64,000 bases of DNA from Carcharhinus amblyrhynchos (taxonomy: Eukaryota). The stretch is from contig OZ336894.1 of assembly GCA_965287045.1 (NCBI GenBank), positions 14,942,001 through 15,006,000 of the forward strand, read 5' to 3'. The notes under the pieces are model-generated. The model ran no database searches, was not told the DNA's origin, and worked only from the letters and a program-made list of their open reading frames with translations. Shown here in pieces: positions 1-12,362 of this stretch; the first letter of the stretch is position 1, and the number at the start of each line of letters is the position of its first letter. Made by a program: the position numbers and the translations under genes.

Positions 1-664
1 TGTTCACAGTGCTAATTAATTCTGTTGGGTGGTGAGATTGACAAGTTCTGACATGGAGATGACTTCTGTTTGCACTTTACGTCATTTAGTTTTACAGTCA
101 CAGAGTTTTTAGAGCCAAGGTTGCTGATTTACCTTTGCTTTTGCATTCTCTTGGGTCTGGTGCCATGACCTGATTGACATTATTCTGAAATGAGTGAGGG
201 GAGAAGCCCTGAATTGCACTTGAAGGAATTAATCACTTTTTAGACTTTGGAAAAAACTTCTCCAGGTGTTCCTGCTGTGGAGCTTTACATTGAGTAAGAC
301 AGAGGCCATTTTAAAGTCTATGAGAAGGAGGCATGTGCTGCTGCAGACTGGTTAAAAAAAGTTACTACCCTGATCAGGGTTTGTTTGGCTGACTCCGGCT
401 TTGCAATCTTATTAAATTTGGAGATTTCTAACACGCAAATCAGAAAGGCCATTTGAGAACTGGTGAGCATGGTATTTGCTGAAGATGAGGGAGAGGAGCC
501 ATTTTAAAGCTGATGAGAGAGACATTTGCTAAAGGTGAGGCAAAGAAGCCATCTTAAAGTTCTTTGATTCCAATTGATATTGCAGCATTAATCACAAACC
601 CAAAGTAATCTCAATCAGTCTTGTTCAGGATCCAAAAATGCCCAGCTGAACTACCATGCCCTCT

Positions 665-865
665 ACTTTTGTCAATGAAGTGGCTGTCAAGAGCTTTCTG
701 ACTCATTGAAGAGGTGATATGGAAATCTTCATGGAAGGTTACCCAAATGTAGAGCACAGTGCCAGAGTGAACAGCATGATCAATGAAGGGATTAACTGCT
801 ACAAGGAGATCTAGCAAGAGAAGAAAAGAAAACCATCCAAAGGTCCTTTCTTAAATTCCTTAAGA
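665..865 (+). mobile_element. Tigger/pogo-type transposase C-terminal relic
   Basis: Manual translation from 719 gives MEIFMEGYPNVEHSARVNSMINEGINCYKEI*QEKKRK, resembling the Tigger C-terminal DPNxERSxxV...CYxEIYxEKK motif; contains an in-frame stop. Confidence 0.6.
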
Positions 866-1094
866 TTGTTGACGATCCTGTCCCCTCATCCCATTAACTC
901 CTTCAGAACCTGGCTGTTCAACTTACACCACCTCCAATTCTAAACCAAAATTACCATAACTTTAGCTATTGAGCTTCTGTATGGAGGAAGACGATTTTGT
1001 CTGCACTCACTCATGAAAGAATGGGCCTTTTACTACTAATACCAGGAAAACAAAGATCCTTTTCCAACTAGCTCCCACAGCTTAACACCATCCC

Positions 1095-1375
1095 CTTCAT
1101 TGGCCTAGATGACATCACTGCCAAGATGCTCACTGTGTTCTGCCAACTAAGAACAAGCACATATCAAGATTAAACCCAAGATTAAGATCATGGCTCACCA
1201 GGCAGCAGTGATTGCCACATATGTACCTATGTCGGACAACTTGCAACAGACACTTCAAAGTACCACTGGCAATGTCTTCAATATGTTCTCCAGATTAAAT
1301 GGCAAGAAAATAGTGTAACGGTAAGCTCTTCTCCGAAGCAAGTATGGACAACACTGAGGTGCTAATCAAGCATCC
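1095..1375 (+). mobile_element. Degraded RTE-clade LINE fragment
   Basis: Weak resemblance to the RTE RT C-terminal region (TKIMVYQAxV...RCLRxILQIKWQ-like); heavily mutated. Confidence 0.3.
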
Positions 1376-1489
1376 CTGAAGAGTTTAAATACCAGCTCTG
1401 GTAGCCAACCAAATTGTGGGAAGATTACTTTGAGAATCCCACTGGCGTAAATAACCAAAGAATTCCAGCCTATATATAATTCTGGGCAG

Positions 1490-2850
1490 GTTAAGCCTTG
1501 CAGTTACAAAAGAACATTGTGTTTTGCCACTGGATTCCTCCAGATGCAGCATGGCATTAATTGCAGCCACCTGACCATTCAAAGCACCAAAATGCATCTA
1601 GCCCCTGAATGTTCAACTGGTCCCCAATCACAATTACAGATTCCTTTGTGTATGCTCGTATTCCCAAAAGCTGCCATGTTTCCTTCATCCTCTGCCAGAC
1701 CACAACCCTTCACTCAATTCCTCAAACATTATGGATAGATTGTTGTGGCAAAAAGTATCCCATGAATGGATGGCTACTCATTCATCTGCAATAACCTGAG
1801 ACACAGGCTGAGGTGATACTACCAAAACCGTTTGGAGGACAATCATTAAGAATGCCATGAGGCCTCTGTAAATGTGGCTCCAGAGCTTGGACTAGGCAGG
1901 TGGAACCCTGTAATACGCTTGTGGAATGGTCTTGCACATGGTGGTGATCTTCTGCATTCTGTATGATGTGGCCTCCAATGTGTGGATTTTGGGAGAGTGA
2001 GACCCTGGAACGATACAATTCATTGAAGGAGCAGGACCTGGAAGTGGAGACACAAGAAGAATGCAGAACAGTAAGGTCCCTCACTTCACAGGAAGATAGT
2101 CAGGCCAGATGCAAAGTAATCATCTAATTCATATCTCTGACTCCAGATGAACAGCATGGCATGAAACTTGCTGAGTTGCTTGTGCTAACATTTCACTGCA
2201 GACGCTTACTGCCAATGAAGGATGTGTATCTGCCTAGAGGTTACCATAGATGTGCCCTTGCTTGCCTTCACCACTTTATGTCTCCGATGTCATTTAATAA
2301 AGAGGTTAATGTGCCTGACTTAGTGCTTGTATTTACTTGTGTTCATAAAGAAAATATATGCACAGTTATAGGTAGAAGATGCCCCAAAGACTTACTCAGT
2401 GCTGTATCCAAATCAGTAGCCAACATACCTGGTCATTCCCATGCGATGCTTGTGACTTCAAAGTTGATGGAGCATTCTCACTTGTCTCTGCCCGAGGCTG
2501 AGATGTATGTGGCGGTAGTACCCTCATTGGAGGTATTGATGGGGGCACCTCCAGAGGCTCACTTGCCCTCTACCATCCGAGGAGCCAAGAAGGCCAATAA
2601 CGAGGATGCATCTCAGGGGAGGCACCCTCATCCTCTTCTACCCTTATGCATTGCTCTGGATGCCCGGAGGGGAGCATCAAATAAGACGCAACTGGCATTC
2701 CCTCTGGACGTCCCTGTGCCATCTGCGCCCCTGACTGATCAAGGCCACATAGTGGCTTTCTGTGGACATCAGTGCAAAGTTCCTGCAGGCATTCTAGTGC
2801 TATTGCTTTCCTTGTGATTTCCTGCACAATCGATGGAAGCTTACCTGCTC
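1490..2850 (+). mobile_element. PIF/Harbinger DNA transposon relic (HARBI1-like transposase ~1490-2000; downstream part probably the companion gene region)
   Basis: Decayed motifs GFLQMQHGINCSHLTIQS (~GFPQVQGAIDCTHVAIKA), VYARIPKSCHVSFIL (~VCARYPGSCHDSFIL), GKKYPMNGWLL (~GDKGYPLxxWLM) and LDxAGGTLxY...VVIFCIL. Confidence 0.7.
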
Positions 2851-3185
2851 AAATCCCTGAGCTAAGCTAGTCAATTTGATTTGCATACCCTCCATTATCA
2901 GCCCATGACCCTGCACGGCTTTGGAGAACTTTGAAATCTGGGCATACATCTGCAGTTGGTCTAGGTTGAACCTTTTCTCTTGGGGCCTGGCATCTGTATT
3001 GAGTTAAGTAAAGCTGCTTTGTACCCTCTATCCCTGCAAGGGATTGTTCATAATTGCCTGTGCCTCTGGCACCCCTCTTTGCACACTAATACTCAGCTTC
3101 TGATTCAATGCTACCATGCCTCACCATGTGTGAGGATACACTGTGGTCACTATATCTGTGCTGTGCAGGCTGTACTTATATGGTG

Positions 3186-4005
3186 TGTTATGATCTCAAT
3201 CCAAACAGTAATGTGTGTTTATTTCTTTTAGAATCCAAAAACTCAGGTATTTCCTAAAGGAATGAAGAGCTAGTTTAAATCAAAAGAATTTTATTAAACA
3301 AAAATTTAAAAAATGAATATTCATAACCACACTTTAGCTTTAATGGTCAGTCAAGTTAATGATATCATACAATGAACAGTAACTGATTTGCTGAACCAAA
3401 CTTACAAATTAATTCTCCTTTCTTTCTCTACCCAATCTCATTTTTTATACATGCAACCCAAAACTAATGTCAATAATCACTTGGTCTGGGTGCTGCTTTG
3501 AAGATTTGTATAAGGTTGAGATTTTTTGGCCTTTGTTTCCTTCTGCCAAGATTTTACCTCCAACAATGCCATGCTTGTCAGCTCCCAGTTCAACACCTGC
3601 CTCTTAAATGTAACCAGCTTGGGTCAGACCCCTCCTGATTCTAATATCCTTTCACTTTGGAGTCTTGCATCTTGATCATGTATGTTCCTTCTCTGAAGTA
3701 TGTCACTGCTATTCAGTTAATAACCAGTTAACTTTTTTAGTCTTCACACACCAAATTTCAAATGAACTCTGCTGGAAGCAGATGTCCTTGCTTTGGAGTC
3801 AGGTTGTCTAAACTCAGAAGATCTGCTTGAACCAGAACATCTCTGTCTCAAACTGCTCACTCGTATAATTAACTTGTTGACCCCTTTGCTGTTCTATTGT
3901 TCATCTCCCTGGCAACTTGTTCACATGATCAGTTAGTGGAAGAAAGATGTTTCATGAGAAGACATTTTGTGGAAAATTCTAATTGTTAAAGGGACCAACA
4001 CCCCC
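3186..4005 (-). mobile_element. Probable solo LTR (Gypsy-type)
   Basis: Begins TGTTATGATC; the far end TAAAGGGACCAACA resembles the reverse complement of the LTR starts at 35816 and 60807. Confidence 0.35.
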
Positions 4006-4027
4006 AACTTAAATATAAAAACTAAAA

Positions 4028-5672
4028 TATGGCATCAAGGACCCCTAGTGAAACTGAAGTCAATGGGAGTTGGAAAATTCTCTCCTGGTTGGAGTCCTAC
4101 TTGACACAAAGGAAGATGGTTGTAGTGATTGAAAGTCAATCATCTCAGTTCCAGCACGTTGCTACAGGAGTTCCTCAGGATAGTATCCTCAGCCCAAACA
4201 TCAGTGATCTTCCTTCCAGAGGTGGGAATGTTTGCTGATAACTGCACAATGTTCAGCATCATTTATGACGACTCAGATTTTGAAGCAGTTCAGGCTAAAA
4301 TGCAGCAAAATCTGGCCAGTATGAAGGCAATGTGTGGCACTAATGACCATCACCAAAAATAGTGGACCTAACTATCTTGACATTCAATTACATTACCATT
4401 GCTGAATCCCCCACCATCAACATCCTGGAGGATACCACTGACTAAAAACTGAACTGGACTAGCCATGTGAATACTGTGTCTATAAGAGCAGGTCAGAGGC
4501 TAGAAATCCTGCAGTGAATAATTTACCACTTGACCGTCAAAAGTCTGTTCACCATCTATGAGGCTGAAGTCAGGGGTGTGACAGAATTCTCACCACATGC
4601 CTGGATGAGTGAGCTCCAACTGCACTCAAGAAACTAGACACCATCCAGGACAAAGCAGCCTACCTGGGAGACAGTTGCTGGGAGTCATGGTCTCTGGAGC
4701 CAAAAAAGAAAGACAAGACTCAAGTGGCTGTGGAAAGGGCCCAGAGGAGATGGAGGTCAGCGAGTCGTGCATTGTTTCAGCCCACTACTTCCCCTACATC
4801 AAAAGAGGTTGCCATGTCAGAGTGGTGCTCCTGAGCCATAATAAGCGAGGCTTAATACAGAGTTGACCTCCATAGTGCAGAATATTGTTTTATGAGAAAG
4901 GAAGCTATACTGGATGTTGGTGAGACCACGTTTGGAATATTGTGTGCAGTTCTGGTTGCGTCACTATAAGAAGGATGTGGAAGCGTTGGAGAGTGCAGAG
5001 GAGATGTACCAGGATGCTGCCTGGTTTGGAGGGTAGGTCTTATGAGGAAAGGTTGAGAGAGCTGGGGCTTTTCTCTTTTGGAGTGAAGGAGGACGAGAGG
5101 CGACTTCATAGAGGTTTCTAAGATGATGAGAGGGATTGATAGAGTGGACGTGCAGAGACTATTTCTTTGGGTGGATGTAGCTGTTACAATAGTACGGGGA
5201 ATAACTATAAGGTTCACAGTGGGAGATATGGGAGGGATGTCCGAGGCAGATTCTTCACTCAGTGGTTGGGGTGTGGAATAGACTGCCTTCTGTGATAGTG
5301 GAGTCGGGCACTTTAGGAACTTTCAAGTGGTTATTGGATAGGCACATGGAGCACGCCAGATTTATAGGGAGTGGGATAGCTTGATCTTGGGATTAGACAT
5401 AGCTCGGCACAACATTGAGGGCCAAAAGGCCTATATTGTGCTGTAATGTTCTAAGTTGCTATCTGCGAACATTCAATCCCTCTTCCACTGGTGAACAGTG
5501 GCAGCATTGTGCACCATCTACAAGATGCACTGCAGGAACTCACCAACGTTCATTAGGCAGCACGTTACAAACCCATGACCACTACCGTCAGGAAGGAGAA
5601 GAGTAACACGCGCCTGGGAACTCCATCATTTGAAGGTTCCCTTCCAATTTACCCACCATCCTGACTTGGAGA
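4028..5672 (+). mobile_element. CR1-group LINE family B, RT plus 3' region, interrupted at ~4666-5462
   Basis: WLESYLTQRKMVVV..GVPQDSIL, MFADNCT, and KAEVRGVTEFSPHAWM...KKLDTIQDKAA; the 3' part resumes at ~5463. Confidence 0.8.
4895..5455 (+). mobile_element. CR1/HER1 LINE 3' fragment
   Basis: LVRPRLEYCVQFW...YKKDVEALE, RGDFIEVSKMMRGIDRVD; 3' tail GGCCAAAAGGCCTATATTGTGCTGTAATGTTCTA. Confidence 0.85.
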
Positions 5673-6221
5673 AATGGAATGCGGAGATGCAGGACAAGGG
5701 AAGTGGGATGCGGAGACGGTGACAGTTCTGATGAAGCAGGTGATTGCAAAAGGTGAAAAGAGGAAAGATAGCAAACTCAAACATATGGTAATTTGAATAT
5801 TCCCATGTATGGTTTAGAGATTTGTGAATAAAAGCGATGGTCTGGATTTTGCAATCAGTGGCAAAGCAAGGACACTCATGACTGGCCTCAAAGAAAGCTG
5901 CGCTGAGGGATCTATGTGAAAATTTAGCTTTTTCTCAATTTATTATTGATTGTACATAATTAAATGGAATTCCCAGTGCTAAGCTCTAAAGATGCCATCA
6001 AGCTGCCTAAGCAGACAATCACCATAAAGAATTCTCATTGCCAACTAGGAAACGAAAAGCACTAATAATCAAGTAACTTGAAAGAATAAATAAATATTGG
6101 GGATATACACATGGTGTTAAGGAGAAGCTGAATTATGAATGAACTTTAAATAGAAGAAAAAATTGTTTAAAAAACTGGTAATTTATCAGAAGACATTGTC
6201 AATAACAATCAGTTTTTGTAT

Positions 6222-6320
6222 AAAGGCAAAATACTGTGGAAACTGGAATCAGAAACAAAAACACAAAATGCTGGAAAATCTCAGCAAGTCTGACAGCATT
6301 TGTGGAGAGAGAAGAGAGCT
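6222..6320. mobile_element. Penelope-like terminal repeat fragment
   Basis: AAATGCTGGAAAATCTCAGCAAGTCTGACAGCATTTGTGGAGAGAG; related copies at 11110, 25555 (opposite strand), 28320 and 62740. Confidence 0.5.
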
Positions 6321-6324
6321 CAAG

Positions 6325-6540
6325 AGTATTTGTCCTGCAAATCCACACATCTTTGAGACATTAAGGGGCAATTTAGCACAGCCAATCCACCTAACTTGCA
6401 CATCTTTGACTGGGAGGAAACCTGAGCACATGGAGGAAACCCATGCAGACATGGAGAGAATGTGCAAACTCCACAGATGGTCACCTCAGGCTGGAATAGA
6501 ACCAAGGTTTTTGGCAATGTGAGGCAGCAGTGCTAACCAT
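6325..6540 (-). mobile_element. HE1 (V-SINE)
   Basis: Reverse complement has the tRNA-like head TGGTTAGCACTGCTGCCTCAC and the V-domain GAGTTTGCACATTCTCTCCATGTCTGCATGGGTTTCCTCC. Confidence 0.9.
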
Positions 6541-6839
6541 TTTTGGTCTCATTCTCTACAAACATTTCTCCTTAGAAGCCATCCTTTCAACATTTAAGTG
6601 TGACATGATTTCTTATGTCTCCGCTTTGCATTCATCTCTTGTGTAGTTTTAACATTTACAATTCTATACTTTATTGTCCTCCACTTCACATGGGTAAATA
6701 CCTATTTATCCTACTCCTAAACTAGTTGACATATCAAAACCCTCCAGGCAGTGCACTCCTTATCAGTTCCCTTTGAAGCATTTTTTTAAAACTTTATTTT
6801 ATCCAAGATTCATTATCTTGCCTTTATTCAAGCTTCATG

Positions 6840-7180
6840 ACAAAGTCTTGCATTTATATAGTGCTTTTCATGATCACTGGACATCTTAGTGCTTTACAGC
6901 CACTGAGGTACTTGGCCTAATCACTGTTGTAATGTAGGAAATGTGCAACCATATTATGCAGAGCAAACCTCCACAAACATAAGTAGTAATAATGATGAGA
7001 TAATATCACAAAAAACAAATTGAGGGATAATTATTGGCCAGGGCTCTGGGGATCCTTTGCTCTCTCAAAATGGCACCACAGGATGTTTTACACTTGCCTG
7101 AGGAGGTAAATGGGATTTTAGTTTAACATGGCATCCAAAAGATGGCACCTCCAACAACTCACCTCATGACTGCACTGAAT
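6840..7180 (-). mobile_element. Deu-SINE (SacSINE1/AmnSINE1-like)
   Basis: Reverse complement contains TTTCCTACATTACAACAGTGA...GGCTGTAAAGCAC...AAAAGCACTATATAAATGCAAG (Deu domain with L2-like tail). Confidence 0.75.
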
Positions 7181-7257
7181 TGACAGTTGCAGATTTAAAT
7201 TTTTGAAGTTTTGGTCTTGAGCAATTAATTACAGCTGGTGCTGTGGGCGTGTTACAT

Positions 7258-7560
7258 TGTTGGAGATGCTGTTTTGTAACTGAAACATTAAACTTGAGGC
7301 TCAGTTTGCCTATTCAGATAATTAATGTGAAATATTTTAGAATTCATTTCTTCATTGAGTTATGGAATTCTGGTGCATTCACCCAACATGGATTAATGAG
7401 TCATTCCTTTAGTGATGTCTAGCTTTGTGCACAGTCGCCTACATCTTCCTATTTAGCAAAAGTAACAATACTTCAAAAGTAATTAATTGGCTGTGAATTA
7501 CTTTGGGATGTTCCGAGGGTGTGAAAAATGGTGTACAGTTTATATAGATTATATAAGCAT
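7258..7560 (+). mobile_element. Deu-SINE, older copy
   Basis: TACTTCAAAAGTAATTAATTGGCTGTGAATTACTTTGGGATGTTCCGAGG..GTGAAA. Confidence 0.65.
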
Positions 7561-8056
7561 TGTACTGGGGTTAGTGAAGCTATGATGGGGATCTATTTTC
7601 AAAATAGATTTTCTAGTAAAGTAAGGTACATTAATACATCCAGTGGATTTCTTCTTTCAGAACTAAAGATTATGCTGTTAAATGTCATATCAAGCACAGT
7701 TTGTTGGCAGGCCCCTGATTCTGTACTAAACATTGTTTTTCTATTCCTGATATTTAGAAAAGATGTTGTAAGTGGGATAGGAGATAGATTGAATTAGAGA
7801 ATAATTGGTATAACGTGGTTCAATGATGGAGGAGTGGAAGAGATGGTGAGAGGGTCCTGGGATTTGAGAATAGTGGAAAAGATGTGCTTGGGATAGTATT
7901 GCCAAAAGTTTGGGAGGAAATTGGGTTTGTAACCAGAAAATTGGTTTTGTAAGTTGGTGTGTGTTGAAATATTGAGATGGTGGTAAGAAAGTGTGGGAGA
8001 ATTAGGAGGTGATTCTGTTTTGAAGCACTGAAGAGGTGTTCCAGTGCACTCCTTAG

Positions 8057-8362
8057 GGGTGGTGCTGTGGCACAGTAGTTAGAACTGCTGCCTCACATGC
8101 CAGAGACCCAGGTTCAATTTTGGCCTTGGAGTGACTGTGTGGAGTTTTCATGTTCTCCCCATGTCTGCGTGGGTTTCCTCTGGGTGTTCCGGTTTCTCCC
8201 AAGTCCAAAAGATGTGCTAGTTAGGTTGACTGGCCATGCAAAATTGACCCTTAACGTCAGGGTGATTAGCAGGGTAAATGTGTGGGGTGATGAGGATAGG
8301 GCCTGGGTGGGATTGTTGTTGGTATGGGCCAAATGGCAGCCTCCTGCACTGTAGGGTTCTGT
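8057..8362 (+). mobile_element. HE1 (V-SINE)
   Basis: GTGGCACAGTAGTTAGAACTGCTGCCTCAC head, B-box-like GGTTCAATT, V-domain, and CR1-derived tail GGGCCAAATGG..CCTCCTGCACTGTAGG. Confidence 0.9.
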
Positions 8363-8752
8363 GATAAGCTTATGCAGAACACTGGTGCTCATATCCTAAC
8401 TCTCACCAAATCACATTTAATTAGAGCTCAGCTGACTTTTGCTTACTCATGTTATTTTAATGCTTTCTCTTTGAAGCATTTATCCTTCTCCCTATGAAAA
8501 GATCATGGGTTCTGCTCCCATAACTCCTAATTTACTTTATTAAAATACCTCATGAATTTGAATCTAAGTCCTTACTTATAACTGTCTTCATTTTAATAAG
8601 AAAAGTCTGAGTTTCTCCATTCTCCTTTAATGATAAAACCATTCATTTTGTCATCTTAGTGAATCTATTCCATGTGCTCTTCATTACCAGGATCTCCTAT
8701 ATAATGCCCAAAACCACGCACAATATGTGAAGACCAAAGTTATGACTTCTAT

Positions 8753-9163
8753 AGTAAGAAGTCTCACAATACCAGGTTAAAGTCCACCAGGTTTATTTGA
8801 AATCACGAGCTTTTGGAGCGCTGCTTCTTCAGGTGAGTGGAGAGTTGGGTTCACAAACACAGCAAATATAGACAGAGATGCAATTGCAAGATAATGGTTG
8901 GAATGTGAGCCTTTGCTAATAACCAAGTCTTTACAGGCACAGACAATGCAAGTGGTGTGTGATAAGATGTAGGAATTCTAACGAACATTCTTTTCCCCCC
9001 CCTCATTCTTCAAAAGCTGTAAATTTCCATTCCGCGCACACTCCCTCCATTCTCACTCTGCTATATCTATAGCTCGTGATTCCAAATAAACTTGTTGGAC
9101 TTTAAACTGGTGTTGAGACTTCTTACTGTGCCCACCCCAGTTCAATGCTGGCATCCATCATGG
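8753..9163. mobile_element. Penelope-like element remnant with inverted terminal (pseudo-LTR) repeats
   Basis: AGTAAGAAGTCTCACAATACCAGGTTAAAGTCCACCAGGTTTATTTGAAATCACGAGC (8753-8810) is the inverted copy of GCTCGTGATTCCAAATAAACTTGTTGGACTTTAAACTGGTGTTGAGACTTCTTACT (9071-9127). Confidence 0.7.
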
Positions 9164-9767
9164 TTTATATAAATTTATTCCAAATATTTGTATTTAACAT
9201 TTTTATAAACCTAGAATTTCATATCCATTTGCTTTTTTTAACATGCTTATTGATTTAATTTGTCTCTTGAAGGTTTGTGCATCTGAGCCACAAACCTTCC
9301 CTGCACCTCCACTCTGTTTCATATTTAACTTGTGTATGTCTATTCCTGATTTCTGCAAAATCTCATTTTTCCATATTAAATTTCATCTAACATCCAGCCA
9401 ATCTATTAATATCTCCTCCTCATGTTGTTTACATTCTTGCAGGACCCATACTCCCTATTGTAGTGCTGCCTACAAATTGGGTCCCTATCTTCAAGTTCAG
9501 TGTATTCATGATTTTAAAAAAAATAGCAATCCCTGAACTAACCACAAAGGGGAACCACAGTTTAAACTCCTTTAGTCCAGAAAAATCATAATGTTTCCTG
9601 TCTTTTAACCATCTCCTGTTGTTTCTGTAACTCTTCATTTAATACCATGTGTATTCATTGTATTAAAAATCTTCAATAGATAGCAACTTCCATAGGTAGC
9701 TTCAGTAGCCCCTTCTGCAGGAAATTTACACTTGTGCCTGTCTATTTAGAGTCGTAAAATTATATGG

Positions 9768-9905
9768 AGATCTTGTGGCACAGTGGTAACATCTCCACTG
9801 TTCGATCAGAAGCTTTGGATTCAAGTCCAAGGCAAGGACTTGTTGGCCATGGAAAGAAAGTTAATAATGTGGTTCAATGGGCTGATAACCAGATCGTGAA
9901 TCATT
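9768..9905 (+). mobile_element. tRNA-derived SINE head (non-HE1)
   Basis: A-box TGGCACAGTGG and B-box-like GGATTCAAGTCC at tRNA-like spacing. Confidence 0.5.
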
Positions 9906-11107
9906 TCACCACACCTCCACCCCTCTCTCCAGCATTCCCCAAAGGGAAAAAATGTGAGTTTGAAGATATGTGGGGGGAAAAAATGCATCTCTGCAGTTTC
10001 CTAGTTTCCCAAGTTTGAACCTATTTTGCTGGCTAGCCCTGCATTTATTGCACACCCCTTGTTAGCCTGAAGAAGATTGTTGTAAGGTGTCCCCTTGAAC
10101 TGCTGCATCCAGATGAAGCAGGTAGAGAGGAAGTTCCAGGATTTTGATCCAGCGACAGTGAAGGAACATTGATATATTTCCGAGCGAGGGTGGTAAGTGA
10201 CTTGGAGGGGAACTTTAGCTGGTGGTGTTCCTATGTATTTGCTGCCCTTGTTCTCCTAGATGGTTGTGGTCATGGATTTGGAAACTGCTGTCGAATGAGG
10301 CCTTGGTGAGTTCCTGCATTGCATCTGGTTAATAGTACACATTATGATGTGCGTCAGTGGTGGATGGAGCAAAAATTTATGGGTAGTATGCTTATCAAGT
10401 GGGCTTCTTATGTTGTGGAGCTGCACTCATCCAGGCAAGGGGAGGATATTTTATCACACTCCTGATTAGTGCCTTGTAGATTGTGGACAGATGTTGGGGA
10501 ATCAGGAGATGAGTTACTTATTGAAGGACTTGCTCTTGTAGTCACAGTGTTTATATGGCCAGTGTAGTTCAGTTGGTAATCCCCAGGATGTTGATAGTGG
10601 AGGATTCAGTGACAGTGAATGTCAAGTGGTGTTGGTTAGATTCCCATGTTGCAGATGTTCAGTCTGCCGCTTGTGTAGTGTGAATGTTACTTGCCACCTG
10701 TCAGCCCAAGTCTGAATATTATCCAGGTCTTGCTGCATTCTGACTTGGACTGCTTTAGTATCTGAGGAGTCGTGAATTGTACTGAACATTATGTAATCAT
10801 CAGCAAACATCCCCACTTCTCTTATGATGGAAGAAAAGTCATCAATGAAGTAGCTGAAGATGGTGGGCCTGGAACACTACTCTGAGGAACTCCTGCAACG
10901 ATAACATGGAACTGAGATAACTGACTTCCAATAATCATAACCATCTACATTTGTGCTATGTATGTCTTCAAGTAGTAGAGAGTTGTTCCCCCATATTCCC
11001 ATTGACTCCCAGTTTCGCTAAGCGCTCTTGATGTCGTACACGGTTGAGTCTCACCTCGCCTCACCTCTGGTCCTGGTGGAACCCAATCAAAACATCAGTG
11101 AATAGGT

Positions 11108-11240
11108 AAAGGTAGAATACTACAGATTTCTGGAATCTGAAACAAAATCAGAAAATGCTGGAAAATGTCAGCAGGTCTGACAGCATCCGTGGACAGAATA
11201 GAGCCTGTTTAGAGCCTGGATGATCCTTCGTCAGAACTGG
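11108..11240 (-). mobile_element. Penelope-like terminal fragment nested in the family-B LINE, with decayed hammerhead-like core
   Basis: Minus strand reads GTTCTGACGAAGGATCATCCAGGCTCTAAAC (CUGAnGA...GAAA-like) followed by GATGCTGTCAGACCTGCTGA..TTTTCCAGCATTTTCTG. Confidence 0.55.
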
Positions 11241-12031
11241 ATGAGTAGGTTATTGCCAAGTTACTGCCACTTGATAGCACTATTGATGACACTGCCATCA
11301 CTTTACCGATGATTGAGAATAGACTGATGGACTAGCAGGGTTTAATATGTCTTGCTTTTTGTGTACAGGGCTGCTGGGTACATGACAGTGTTATAGCTGT
11401 ATTGGGAGAGCTTGGTTAGGCCAATGCCTTCAGCCATTTTTTGATATCGCCTGAAGTGAATATAATTGACCGAAGATTGACCTGTGATGTTGGGGACTTC
11501 AGGAGGAGACCAAATGGATCTTCCACTTGACATTCCTGGATACAGATTGTAGCAAATGCCTCATCTTTTGTACCGATATAGTGGGCTCCCCCATCATAAT
11601 GGATGGGTATATTTGTGGAGTTGCAGTGTTTTTAATTGTCTACCACCATTCGTAGCTGGATGTGGCAGGAATGGTGAGCTTAGATCTGATGTGTTTATTG
11701 TGGAATCACTTAGCTCTATCACTTGCTGCTTGTACTGCTTGGCACAGAAGTTGTTCTGTGTAGTAGTTTCATTAGGTTGACGCCTCATTTTTAGGTATGC
11801 CTGATGTTGCTGCAGCCATGCACTTTTCAGTGAATCAGGATTGATCTTTCTGACTTAGTGTAATGGTAGAGTGGGGGATATGCTGGGCCATGAAGTACAT
11901 TTCTGCTACTGGTGTTGGCCCACAGTCCCTCATGGTTGCCCAGTCTTGAGTTACTAGATCTGTTTGAAATATATCTGATTTAGCACAGCAGGATGAAGAG
12001 TATCCTCAATGTAACGTTGGGACTTGTCTCA

Positions 12032-12362
12032 GAGAAACTCTACAGTGCAGAAGGAGGCCATTTGGCCCATCGTGTCTGCACCGACCACAATCCCATCCGG
12101 GCCCTACCCCCATATCCCTACATATTTACCTGCTAGCCCCTCTAACCTACGCATCCCAGGACACTAAGGGGCAATTTTAGCATGGCCAGTTCGTCTAACA
12201 CACACATTTTTGGACTGTGGGAGGAAACCGGAACGCCCAGAGGAAATCCAAGCAGACACGAGAATGTGCAAATTCCACACAGGCTGTGACCCAAGCCGGG
12301 AATCGAACCCAGGTCCCTGGAGCTGTGAAGCAGCAGTGCTAACCACTTTGCTCCCATGCTGC
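12032..12362 (-). mobile_element. HE1 (V-SINE) nested in the family-B LINE
   Basis: GTGGTTAGCACTGCTGCTTCACAGCTCCAGGGACCTGGGTTCGATTCCCGGCTTGGG head, V-domain and CR1 tail. Confidence 0.92.

Noticed and set aside
2161-2817. 218-aa ORF
   Set aside because: No recognisable domain; lies within a decayed Harbinger relic, probably antisense to its second gene.
8057-8130. tRNA genes at SINE heads (also 9768, 12290-12350, 33214, 45200-45258)
   Set aside because: A/B boxes run straight into SINE bodies and there is no complete cloverleaf.
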